The position numbers were made by a program, and so were the translations under genes. Below, in pieces: positions 54,910-63,248 of a stretch of DNA of 63,248 nucleotides (position 1 is its first letter; each line of letters starts with the position of its first letter). The notes below the pieces were generated by a model, which saw nothing but the letters and a program-made list of their open reading frames with translations, was not told the origin of the DNA and did no database searches. Source of the DNA: a virus (lineage: Duplodnaviria > Caudoviricetes); IMG/VR virus record IMGVR_UViG_3300019887_000001, positions 1 to 63,248 of that record; one strand, written 5' to 3'.

Positions 54910-55905
54910 TCACCCAGCTACGGCGGTCTCAATTCTGAGTATTCGTGCCGCGTCAAGTATCTTAGCGCAATAAGCAACTTTCCAGCCTGCGACCCCGTAC
55001 TGCTGCAGCGGGTCGACCTTCGATGGCGTGTTCGCGGGCACAACCATGATGTCGATGCCGGCGTTGTTCGTCTCGGCGTTCAGGTTGCCGATCGTCTGAG
55101 AAGCCAGGTCGACGGCGCCGAACGCGTACGGGCCCCAGATCAGCGCGGCGTGGACGTCGACACCCGCCGCGCCAGCACCCGTGAAGATCGGGTTGGCCGT
55201 GCTGACGTCGAAGTTGACGCCTTCGATCTCGCCGACGGTGCCACTCATGAACGACGCCGGCGCGGCGTAGCGCATGATGTCGAGCCAGCCGCCGGTCGCA
55301 GCGTCGGCCTTCAGGTCGTACTTCTGCGACGGAGTGACGGAGCCGTGGTAACGCGCGTCGGGAAACCGCGGCACGTTCGCCTTTTCCATCGTGCGAACGG
55401 CCTTGCGAACCTCGGACATGACGAAGTTCATGCCCGCCGCGACCGTCACCCTGGAGACTGCCGTCGAGGCGTACTGAACTGTCGAAGACGCGCCCAGCTC
55501 GGTCGCGGTCAGCGTGTGGACCGACAGACCGGCTTGCTCACCTTCGACGTCCATGACGTTGGACATCGACGGGTCGATGCCCGCGCGAATGAGCAGGTCT
55601 GAGACCTTTTGGAACGCCCCGTACTGGGCGAGCGTCGAGGTTACCGCGGTGACGGTCAGCGACCCCTCAGAAGGCGGCGTGCCTTCAGTCAGCGCCGACG
55701 TCGCGGCTGGGAGACTGCCCCACTTGCGCCACTGGATGCCCGTACCAGTGTTGCTGCCGATCGTGTCGGTCATCGCGTCTTTGAGCAGCGGCAGGTACGG
55801 GAGCAGACGCCTCAGCGTCTTGGCCACGTAATACGATCGCTGCTCGACCGTCAACGTGGCGTAGGTCTGTACGGAAATTTGCTTTACCCGCGTCTTTCTA
55901 TACAT
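54910..55905 (-). CDS. Major capsid protein (N4-gp56-like)
   Basis: LTEG.PP, LAQYG, V..M..ANVP, G.VGEIEGV.F, DPLQQYG..GWK; true start uncertain (see findings). Confidence 0.92.
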   Translation of the reverse strand: MYRKTRVKQISVQTYATLTVEQRSYYVAKTLRRLLPYLPLLKDAMTDTIGSNTGTGIQWRKWGSLPAATSALTEGTPPSEGSLTVTAVTSTLAQYGAFQKVSDLLIRAGIDPSMSNVMDVEGEQAGLSVHTLTATELGASSTVQYASTAVSRVTVAAGMNFVMSEVRKAVRTMEKANVPRFPDARYHGSVTPSQKYDLKADAATGGWLDIMRYAAPASFMSGTVGEIEGVNFDVSTANPIFTGAGAAGVDVHAALIWGPYAFGAVDLASQTIGNLNAETNNAGIDIMVVPANTPSKVDPLQQYGVAGWKVAYCAKILDAARILRIETAVAG

Positions 55906-55907
55906 CC

Positions 55908-55922
55908 TGCTATAATGAGCAG
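55908..55922 (+). promoter_or_regulatory. Extended -10 leaderless promoter for antisense HNH gene
   Basis: TG-C-TATAAT then 6 nt then ATG 55923. Confidence 0.7.
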
Positions 55923-56873
55923 ATGTATGGGTGTGGGGCTTGTGGGTTGTTGAAGGTGGCGGCCGACTTCTATCGGGACCTGCGGTACCCGGAGTGGACT
56001 CCGCGGAGTTACTGCAAGGCGTGTATGGCCGCGAAGCGCAAGGCCCCTAACGTTCACTGGTTGGCGAAGCCGTGCACCGGATGTCGACGAATGGTCCCGA
56101 TGGACGGGTTCTACTTCCAGAAACAAGGTTGGCTCATGCAGCCGTGTAAGGCGTGCCGTGCGGCCTACCGTCCAGCACGCCTCGAAGTCACTGAGTCGCG
56201 ATGTAGTAAGTGCAAGCTGACGAAGCCGGCCGCAGCGTTCGGTGCTGATGCGAACAAAGCCTCGAGACTCGCATCTTGGTGTTTGACTTGTACGCGCGCT
56301 AGGCGCCCCGCCACCATCGTCGTGCCGTCCGAGAAACGCTGCCCGACGTGCGACACGACGAAACCAGCCGACGAGTTCTACCGGACGGATCGTCGGCCCG
56401 ATGGGTTGTATGCCCGCTGCAAAAATTGCCACAATGCGCGGGCATATCCCGGCCAGAAGCGCTACAAAGCAGCGAACAAGGAACAGGTGGCGGAGTGGAA
56501 TCTGCGATGGCACCACGAAAGTTGGTCGCCTGAAGCAAAGGCCGCGTCGATTCAAAAACTGAAGGAATGGAATGCGGCCAATCCGGATGAGCACGCCATT
56601 CGAGGCGAACGACGTCGCGCGCGCATTGCCGGCACTCTCCCCAATGATTTCACTGGCACGCAGTTCAAAGCACTGAAAACTCTTTACCGAGGGCGCTGCG
56701 CGTACTGCGGTAAGAAACCGAAGCCACCAGACACGTTGGTAATTGAGCACGTCATCCCAGTCTCGAAAGGTGGGCCGAATACGCTCAGCAACATCGTGCC
56801 ATCGTGCGGACCATGTAACGACAAAAAACACGCGAACCGCGCGCCAACTCATCAGCCGACGTTGCTCATATAG
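55923..56873 (+). CDS. HNH endonuclease with four Zn-finger repeats
   Basis: Repeated CxxC...K....F....CK.C; CAYCG...EHVIPVSKGG.N...NIVPSC..CN..K. Confidence 0.9.
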   Translation: MYGCGACGLLKVAADFYRDLRYPEWTPRSYCKACMAAKRKAPNVHWLAKPCTGCRRMVPMDGFYFQKQGWLMQPCKACRAAYRPARLEVTESRCSKCKLTKPAAAFGADANKASRLASWCLTCTRARRPATIVVPSEKRCPTCDTTKPADEFYRTDRRPDGLYARCKNCHNARAYPGQKRYKAANKEQVAEWNLRWHHESWSPEAKAASIQKLKEWNAANPDEHAIRGERRRARIAGTLPNDFTGTQFKALKTLYRGRCAYCGKKPKPPDTLVIEHVIPVSKGGPNTLSNIVPSCGPCNDKKHANRAPTHQPTLLI

Positions 56874-56890
56874 GACATAGGCGGAAACTC

Positions 56891-57901
56891 CTAGGCTTGA
56901 CTGAGGTCAACGCCGAGCCACTTGCCCGCGCGAACCTCGCGGTCGAATTCCTCGTTGCTCATACCGGTCTTTGGGTCAATTGCTCGATCTCGCCAACTAC
57001 CGCCGGATGGCACGGCCTGTCCGTTCAACACCGCGGGTTGCGGCGCGCCTGACAGCTGCCTGGTTTTCAGCGACTTGTTCTCGGCGCGTAATCTCGCGAC
57101 GATCTGGTCCGACTCGGCCTTGGCGGCCTTCTTGCCTGCATCGAACGCCAGAGCGTGCATCGTGCGCGCCCCGGCGACTCCATTCGGCGCCTGGTTCAAT
57201 TTCGCCAGGCCCGTGTCGCCAATGCCCTCGAGACTTTTCAGCGCATTCCAGTCGGCCGAGAATGCGCGTGTGACCTGCAGCTCAGCGGCCCGATAGATCG
57301 GGCCCGCCAATTCGGCCCACTGCGTCATCTCGGCGACGTCCTGGCGCTCCTGGTCGGTTGCGGTCCCCCGCACGACCTTGTCGCGCAGGTTGTCGTAGCG
57401 AAACCGACCGTTGCTCTCGACGGTGTAGCCGCTGATCTCGGCGAGCTGGGTCAGCACGTGGTGGTCCGCGGCTTTCATCGCGCCGAGCTCGCCCTGTGCG
57501 CGAGCGACGATCGCTTGCGCTTCGGCGAGGTCTTTCTTGTGCTGCTCGAGCTCGGCGGCGAACCGTGCCGCGTCGCGCCGCGAGTACTTTGGTTGCTCAG
57601 AAGTTGTGGACTGGGGCTGTTCGGCTTCCTGCGCCTCGTCGGCGGGCTCTGCTGCTACCCCTTCGTCCTCGTCGTCTTCGACCACACCCTCGTCGTCATC
57701 GGAGTCATCAGGCTCTGGCGCTTCCTGCCGATTCGACGATCTCTGCGGAATTTGCTCCTCAGCTTCGACGTCCCGTTGAGCGTTTGCGGCGATTTCCGCT
57801 TGCGCCATCTGGTCGTCGAGTTGAGACGCCCACGCGTCGATTGAGTCGGTCGGTGCCGGCGACGTGCCTGGTGTACTGGTTGCGGGTTCGAGTGGCTGCA
57901 A
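56891..57901 (-). CDS. Capsid scaffolding protein
   Basis: Acidic disordered N-terminus and coiled coils, upstream of MCP; AGGAG RBS before TTG. Confidence 0.72.
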   Translation of the reverse strand: MQPLEPATSTPGTSPAPTDSIDAWASQLDDQMAQAEIAANAQRDVEAEEQIPQRSSNRQEAPEPDDSDDDEGVVEDDEDEGVAAEPADEAQEAEQPQSTTSEQPKYSRRDAARFAAELEQHKKDLAEAQAIVARAQGELGAMKAADHHVLTQLAEISGYTVESNGRFRYDNLRDKVVRGTATDQERQDVAEMTQWAELAGPIYRAAELQVTRAFSADWNALKSLEGIGDTGLAKLNQAPNGVAGARTMHALAFDAGKKAAKAESDQIVARLRAENKSLKTRQLSGAPQPAVLNGQAVPSGGSWRDRAIDPKTGMSNEEFDREVRAGKWLGVDLSQA

Positions 57902-57925
57902 ACTGTCGACTCCTGAAACCGTCGG

Positions 57926-57964
57926 GGAAAAACAAGACGGGCACCCTTGTCAGGAGGGTGCCCG
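57926..57964 (-). terminator. Terminator-like hairpin in leader of scaffold/capsid operon
   Basis: CGGGCACCCT-cctgaca-AGGGTGCCCG then TCTTGTTTTT. Confidence 0.55.
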
Positions 57965-58136
57965 CATGTCCCGGCTCTTGTGAGCCGGCCGAGGTGATTG
58001 CAGTATGCGCCCGAACGAGATCCGTTCGCCCCGCCCGCTCAGGCGGTTTCATTGCTCAGGCGCAACCGAAACCACACGCCTGATCCCTTGGGAGGATGTA
58101 AGAAATCGGTTACATTGCGACCACAAGGGGACTCCG

Positions 58137-58433
58137 ATGAAACGCTCTCTGATCATTCTCGGGCTCGCGGCAACACTCGCGATTACCACGTCAGCGACAG
58201 CCCTGGCCCAGTCCGCAACAACCTCGGTGACCAATTACGGCGACGGCCGCGCGTCTTCCTTCACGACGACCTACACCGACCCCTACGGATCGTCGTCGGT
58301 AACGAACTATGGATCCGGCGCACCGTCGTCAAACACGACGACTTACGCGAATCCCTACGGATCCTCTTCGGTCACCAACTACGGCGACGGTAGTGCGTCC
58401 TCATCCACGACCACCTACGGCGTGCAGCCATGA
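58137..58433 (+). CDS. Secreted Ser/Thr/Tyr/Gly repeat protein
   Basis: Signal peptide ending ALA-Q; three 24-aa repeats SVTNYGxGxxSSxTTTY. Confidence 0.8.
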   Translation: MKRSLIILGLAATLAITTSATALAQSATTSVTNYGDGRASSFTTTYTDPYGSSSVTNYGSGAPSSNTTTYANPYGSSSVTNYGDGSASSSTTTYGVQP

Positions 58434-58618
58434 GATCTCTCCTCGAAGCCGCAGCACTGCTTGGCGGTATTTGCGCGGTCGCGCTGTTCTCAGGCGGCAG
58501 CATACTCATTGGCACGATCCTGTTCGGAGCGTTGATTGCGGGGTTCGGTCTGTACTTCCGCGCTTACCCCGAACGGGCTGAAGCTCTCAGGCGCAGCAAC
58601 CCAGCCAACTTCGCCTAG
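58430..58618 (+). CDS. Small 2-TM membrane protein
   Basis: ATGA-coupled to repeat protein. Confidence 0.65.
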   Translation: MRSLLEAAALLGGICAVALFSGGSILIGTILFGALIAGFGLYFRAYPERAEALRRSNPANFA

Positions 58619-61600
58619 GGTGGCGTGCCGAGGGACAACACATCAGTCCCAGCACCAACAAGCCCACCCGCGGCCGCGGTGTTCGATGTGTTCGTCAGTG
58701 CGCCGCCTGTCGCAGCGTCGATCGCGGCCTTGAGCTTGTTCAAGCGCTCAGTGTCGACCCGATCACGCTGAGTGAGTTTGAACCCGGCCGGGTCGTCGAT
58801 CCGCATGCGCATTTCACCCCTGCTCGGCCCGAGCGCCTTCGTGTACTGAGCGAGTTTGGTTTTTGCCTCGGCGATCTGCAGGTTCTGCTCCGCGATCTGC
58901 TGCGGCGTGCCGGTAACGTTGCGATACTGAGGCGTCTGCTGCCACTGCAACAACGCGGTGTTGTGCGGGTCGCGCGCGATGTTTCCGCCAAGGTCGATAT
59001 TCGCGGCTTTGCGCGCGGTTGCCAGTGACTTCGAGAGCGCGTTCGCTTTCTGAGCGTCGGTGAGTCCGGCGTAGGCCGGATCGGCCATCGTATTGAGCGC
59101 GTACAGGTTGACGGCGTTGCCAACCGTTCGCTGGATCAACGATTGCTGGTCGGGCGCCTGCGCGGCCCCCTGGTAGCCGCCGATGCCACTCACAGACGGC
59201 GGGGTGATACCTATGGCTTGGCCGGCCTGACGGAGCCGCATCACTTCGTTGATGACCGGTCCACCAGACCCGCCGCTCGTCGCGGTGATCACATCCGGCG
59301 AGCTGCCGCGCTTGGCCATGAACGTGCCAAGGCCGGCTTGTTCGTTGGGTAACACGCGCCCGAGCACATCGCGACTCAGCGGTACGTTCTGGCGCAGTCC
59401 TGGCAGGTTCTGGCTGAGGACCTGGCCGATGTCGCCTGAAACAGGCTTGCGTGCACCCTCCGTATCGGCAGCCCTGGTGAGACTGGCGACAAGTCCACTC
59501 TCAGGAACAAACCCGCCCGCAAGCGAGCCGCCGAACTGAGCGATAACCGATTGAGCAGTCGGCCCGCCGTGAATCACCGTGTACAGATCGCTCAGTGTCC
59601 GCAGCCCGGTGGCGTCGCCGAGGTAGCTCACCGTGCGGTCGGCCATATCGAGGGCAACCTGCTCAGGCGTGGCTGCGGTCGTCGTCTTCAGACCCGTCGT
59701 CGGGTCAACCTGTTTCTGTGGATAGTTTGTCGCGTCGGCGTAGTTGCCAGCCAATGCGAACGGAACCGCGAGCGGGCCGAGCAAGTGGTAGTCAACGTAT
59801 CCAAGGCCCGGAACGTAGACGCTGTGGGCCTGCCAGCCTTTTGAGACGAGCATCTTGCGCTCGTCGGGATCCGCAGGACCATTGCCGGTGATCGAGCCGT
59901 CGAGTGCCTTGGATGCCAGGTAACCCGTGAGTGCCGTCCCAGCGATGTTGTTGGTGAGCCGATCGCTGAGTGGAGTGACCGCGCCGCCAAGTTTGTTGAA
60001 GCCACTGGCGTAAGGACCTGCACCGCGCAATCCGCGCAGCACGTCGAAGCCAGTCCCAACAAGCCCGATGGGTGACTTCTCAATGCCCTGCGCAAATGCC
60101 TGAGAAGCGATCTTGACGACGGGGAACAGCGCGTTGCCTGCGACGGGCACATTCGCGATGTTTTGCATGACTGTCTGAATAGTGCCCGCCTCGCCACGCA
60201 AAGCCCCGCGGCTGCCGATATCCTCAGCTTTGGCGATCGCTTGCTGGTTCAGCCCCAGACTCGGATCATTGATCAGCTCGCTAACTCGTCTGACAAAGTC
60301 CGGACCGTGAAGTCCCTCCGAACTGGCGACTTCGCCTGCTTGCGCTCCGAGCTCCATGTGTTTGATCGCTTGCTGGGCGACATTCTGGAATGCCGAGTGC
60401 AGCGCGGCGCCGGTCGCCTGCTGAGCCCTCAACGCCCCGGCCAGGATCGGATTGTCGACGCGGTTGGCGATATTGGTCGGGGCAGCATAAAAGTCCCTGA
60501 TGGCCGAGCCGAACGCGTCGCCTGAACGCGCGAGCGCGGCCGACATTCCGATGCTACGGCCGGCGATGCGGTCGAATTGCGCCCCCTGGCCGGTAAGCGG
60601 TGAGGCAAGTGTTTGGACGACATCCTTACCCGTTTGGGTAGCGAGTGACCACGCGGGCGCAATGATCGAGTTGACGGCCACGTGCGTAAGCGTCGAGAGA
60701 CCGCTGATGACGTTGCCCGAGTGAACAGCTTTCAGGATGTCTATCGCGGTTGGTGGCTCACCTGGAACAGCCGGCGGTTCCGCAGGCGCACCAGGGGGTG
60801 TGCCGGTAGTTGTTGGTGGTTCGACGGGGGGTGTTGGAGGCTCACCAACACCCCCCGTCGTCGCAGAAGCCGGCCGTGTCTCGGCAGGCGTGCGCGGTAG
60901 TTGGGCTTCCAACTCGGATACGTCATAGCCCCGGTCCTTCGCCATGTTGACGAGACCCTGAAGTAGCGTGTCGCCCTGCTGCGCTGGTGGCGTCAGGTCA
61001 GCGGCTGCAGCGTTTGGCGCAATGCCTGGCACAGACGGCTCGCCGGCGCTACCGATACCACGCTCCGCCGCTGCTGCAACATCAGGTGCCGTAGCCTCAA
61101 CGGCGGACGCCGCATCTGGTGCCGCATTCTGAAGTGCCGCGAGCGCCTTGCCCGGACCAGACGCAGTAATGCTGCCCTCGCTCATCTGTGGGAACTTCGC
61201 GCGGAGATCCGTGACTGCCTGTTGTGCACTGGACAGTGCGGCTTCGAGTGCTTCAGGCGATGACTTGGCGACGACGTCGGCCAGCTCCGCCGCGGCCTTC
61301 TCGCCACCCGCGCCCGGTGACAGACTCGTGACGTCCGCGGCAGCGCCGAGGATGACGCCCGCTGCGCCGAGGATGTCACCCTGCCCGGTTGCTCCCTGAA
61401 ACTGGCCGGGTGCCGAGAGCAACGGGGTGAGGACGTCGGGGACGACCTGGTTGCCGCCGACGTTGACGCCAGCGGTGCCAGGACCTGACGGAATCGGTTG
61501 ATTCGCGGCTTCCCGGAGTTGATCGAAGACCGTCGGCTGCGGCGTCTGTCCCGCGAGCGGCCCCTCGGGCGGCGTGTACAGGTTGGGTCGCGCGATCGGG

Positions 61601-63248
61601 TTCGTCAGCGTGTCGGACGGCGTGGGCTGCCCGCCGCGCGGCACGTTGGAAACGTCGGTCGAGATGACGTTGCCGTACTGGTCTTTGGGTTGCGCAGCCG
61701 GCGACGGGTTGACGCTCGTGTCCGCGGGCAAGTTCGCGGCCATCGTCGCCCCTCCGCCGCCGGTCAGGTGCTGCACCAGGCCCGTGATCGCGTCGGTGAG
61801 CTGCGACCCGAAGCGCTGGACCGGGTTCTGGTCTGGTTGATTCGTCGAGGTCACTGCCGTGGGTGTGGCAGGCGTTGGCGCGCTCGGGACGGGTGTCGCG
61901 GCACCCGAAGCAACCGTCGCGTCTAGCGCCTGCTTGAGGGCTGTTTCGCGCTGTGTGGCTTCCGCGTTCAGGTCGGACTGCTTCTGCGCCGTCTGCCTGT
62001 TCAGCGCGTCGAGGTCTGAGGTCGCCGACGTTGTCTGCACCTGAGCCTGAGCCGTGTTCGCCTGCGCGTCCGCGCTGAGCTTTGTGTAGTCAGGTCCGAC
62101 TGGCGTCGTCGTGTCACTGGCACCGCCACCGACGGGCCCCCCGCCGCCGCCGAACATCGCGTCGTAGTTCTGGCCGGCGCGCTCAGGCGATACCGAAACC
62201 TGCCCGTGCTGCTGGGCGAACGTCGCCAGATCGGAACCGACCAGGCCCAGCTTGACGCCAGACTGGATGGCCGCGCCGAGGTAGCCGGGACTGTCGGGTG
62301 TGCCGATCGCCCATCGAACGGCATCGAGCGGAGCCTGCTCGATCGCGTCCCTCGCCTGCGCGAGGCTGACGCCGAGGTGCTGCGCGTACGCGTTGAGTTG
62401 TCCCGCCCGGCCACCCTCCTCACCGAAGAATTGCAGCGGACCGGCCGACGAGCCCGCGTCGCCGCGCGCGTTGTTGAGCCCGCCTTCGGTGACAAGCACC
62501 GACTGCAACGCCTTCTGCCCTTCGACGCCGAGCCACGACGCCGCCTGAGCGCCACCCGACAGGATCGCTTGCCCGGCGTCGCCGATCCTGCCCGCAAGTG
62601 CGCCCCCGCCGCTCAGCCCCGCAGTCGTCGCAGTCGCGCTCGAGGTCGTCGACGCGACGGACGGGTGCGGACTGTTCGGGTTGTCGGCGTAGAGCGCGGC
62701 GCGGACCGCACCACCGCTCTGCGACATGCCGTTGATCTGCGCCTGGGACATCCAGGCGGAGCCACCGCGGAGGTCGAGGCCGCTGGTGCCGACGTGATAC
62801 TGGACTGTCCCATCGGCACCCTGCCGCGCCGAGTCGATGTAGTAGTAGTGGCCAGGCGTGTCGAGGATGACCGGGTTACCGTTCATCGAATCCTGCTGGA
62901 CGTGATTCCAGTCGACGGTCGTCTCCAGTTTGGTAGCCACTCCCAACTTGGTGAGCAGAGCCTGCTCACCAGTCACGCCAGACATGCCTGCATCAGAGGT
63001 CCATCCAACGGCGCGCGCCAGGTCGGTAGCCTCCTGTGCGGTCGGGTTGCGGCCCATCTGCCGCGCGAATCCCACGCTCGCGGCGATTCCGCACGCTGCG
63101 TAGGCGTCCGCCGTCGACAGCCCCATGCCGAACTGCGACTGATGGGTGTCGCCAGCCGGCGGCGTCGGGTTCGCGAGCGGATTGGTCAACGTGTCGCTCG
63201 AGGTCGGGACGTTGGTCGGTGTCGCGGGCGCGGGTGATGGCCCCAGAC
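58615..63248 (-). CDS. Giant internal virion protein, C-terminal part: C39-like peptidase, lysozyme-like and helical polyvalent domains
   Basis: Frame open to the window end; Q...AACG...PGHYY; VTEGG....GD...SAGPLQF; RDVLG C-terminal motif. Confidence 0.8.
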   Translation of the reverse strand, partial: LGPSPAPATPTNVPTSSDTLTNPLANPTPPAGDTHQSQFGMGLSTADAYAACGIAASVGFARQMGRNPTAQEATDLARAVGWTSDAGMSGVTGEQALLTKLGVATKLETTVDWNHVQQDSMNGNPVILDTPGHYYYIDSARQGADGTVQYHVGTSGLDLRGGSAWMSQAQINGMSQSGGAVRAALYADNPNSPHPSVASTTSSATATTAGLSGGGALAGRIGDAGQAILSGGAQAASWLGVEGQKALQSVLVTEGGLNNARGDAGSSAGPLQFFGEEGGRAGQLNAYAQHLGVSLAQARDAIEQAPLDAVRWAIGTPDSPGYLGAAIQSGVKLGLVGSDLATFAQQHGQVSVSPERAGQNYDAMFGGGGGPVGGGASDTTTPVGPDYTKLSADAQANTAQAQVQTTSATSDLDALNRQTAQKQSDLNAEATQRETALKQALDATVASGAATPVPSAPTPATPTAVTSTNQPDQNPVQRFGSQLTDAITGLVQHLTGGGGATMAANLPADTSVNPSPAAQPKDQYGNVISTDVSNVPRGGQPTPSDTLTNPIARPNLYTPPEGPLAGQTPQPTVFDQLREAANQPIPSGPGTAGVNVGGNQVVPDVLTPLLSAPGQFQGATGQGDILGAAGVILGAAADVTSLSPGAGGEKAAAELADVVAKSSPEALEAALSSAQQAVTDLRAKFPQMSEGSITASGPGKALAALQNAAPDAASAVEATAPDVAAAAERGIGSAGEPSVPGIAPNAAAADLTPPAQQGDTLLQGLVNMAKDRGYDVSELEAQLPRTPAETRPASATTGGVGEPPTPPVEPPTTTGTPPGAPAEPPAVPGEPPTAIDILKAVHSGNVISGLSTLTHVAVNSIIAPAWSLATQTGKDVVQTLASPLTGQGAQFDRIAGRSIGMSAALARSGDAFGSAIRDFYAAPTNIANRVDNPILAGALRAQQATGAALHSAFQNVAQQAIKHMELGAQAGEVASSEGLHGPDFVRRVSELINDPSLGLNQQAIAKAEDIGSRGALRGEAGTIQTVMQNIANVPVAGNALFPVVKIASQAFAQGIEKSPIGLVGTGFDVLRGLRGAGPYASGFNKLGGAVTPLSDRLTNNIAGTALTGYLASKALDGSITGNGPADPDERKMLVSKGWQAHSVYVPGLGYVDYHLLGPLAVPFALAGNYADATNYPQKQVDPTTGLKTTTAATPEQVALDMADRTVSYLGDATGLRTLSDLYTVIHGGPTAQSVIAQFGGSLAGGFVPESGLVASLTRAADTEGARKPVSGDIGQVLSQNLPGLRQNVPLSRDVLGRVLPNEQAGLGTFMAKRGSSPDVITATSGGSGGPVINEVMRLRQAGQAIGITPPSVSGIGGYQGAAQAPDQQSLIQRTVGNAVNLYALNTMADPAYAGLTDAQKANALSKSLATARKAANIDLGGNIARDPHNTALLQWQQTPQYRNVTGTPQQIAEQNLQIAEAKTKLAQYTKALGPSRGEMRMRIDDPAGFKLTQRDRVDTERLNKLKAAIDAATGGALTNTSNTAAAGGLVGAGTDVLSLGTPP

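Larger units (their letters stand above)
1..63248. mobile_element. Temperate tailed bacteriophage genome (podovirus-like), near-complete and circularly permuted
   Basis: TerS/TerL, portal, MCP, scaffold, tail genes, integrase, repressor/cro and replication genes all present; no host housekeeping genes; one ORF continues across the two window ends. Confidence 0.93.

Noticed and set aside
55873-56872. Canonical group I intron in the MCP gene
   Set aside because: U/G boundaries can be drawn, but the antisense ORF fills nearly all of the insert and I see no P7 or other core elements; kept only as an alternative hypothesis
58215-58420. CRISPR-like array (72-nt period)
   Set aside because: Repeats are in-frame protein repeats with synonymous variation; no unique spacers and no cas genes
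1-63248. tRNA or rRNA genes, reverse transcriptase/DGR, tape measure protein, DNA polymerase, relaxase
   Set aside because: No full cloverleaf, YxDD RT, polymerase or HUH relaxase motifs recognised by eye; absence not confirmed by search

Overview
The window is very likely a near-complete, circularly permuted genome (~63.25 kb, GC-rich) of a temperate tailed phage with podovirus-like architecture: no tape measure or sheath gene, three large low-complexity internal/ejection proteins, N4-gp56-like major capsid protein, portal, TerS/TerL and tail adaptor/nozzle. One gene runs off the left end and resumes at the right end, apparently missing only a few bases. The host is probably a high-GC monoderm bacterium such as Chloroflexota or Actinomycetota (inference from leaderless promoters, a Gram-positive-type secretion module and no recognisable spanins). 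Modules present: virion and packaging; small membrane/lysis genes with an orphan OmpR-type regulator; replication (primase-helicase plus iteron-like repeats, separate prim-pol domain, Bet-like annealase, SSB, VRR-NUC); a C5 DNA methyltransferase with an overprinted ORF; a cro/repressor/integrase switch; and about nine HNH domains. The most unexpected element is a compact type IV secretion/conjugation-like operon at ~37.4-44.3 kb (surface protein, VirB6-like, VirB2-like, PrgI-VirB4 fusion, small membrane proteins, and a VirD4/TraD-like ATPase fused to a C-terminal HNH nuclease) with no recognisable relaxase. Other notable points: antisense HNH insertions in the late operon whose opposite strand forms coupled ORFs, one of which separates the capsid gene from its apparent RBS and first two codons; a layout resembling integration-dependent immunity; and a ~40-aa motif shared by a virion protein and an early protein. 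All calls come from motif reading by eye; no searches were run.
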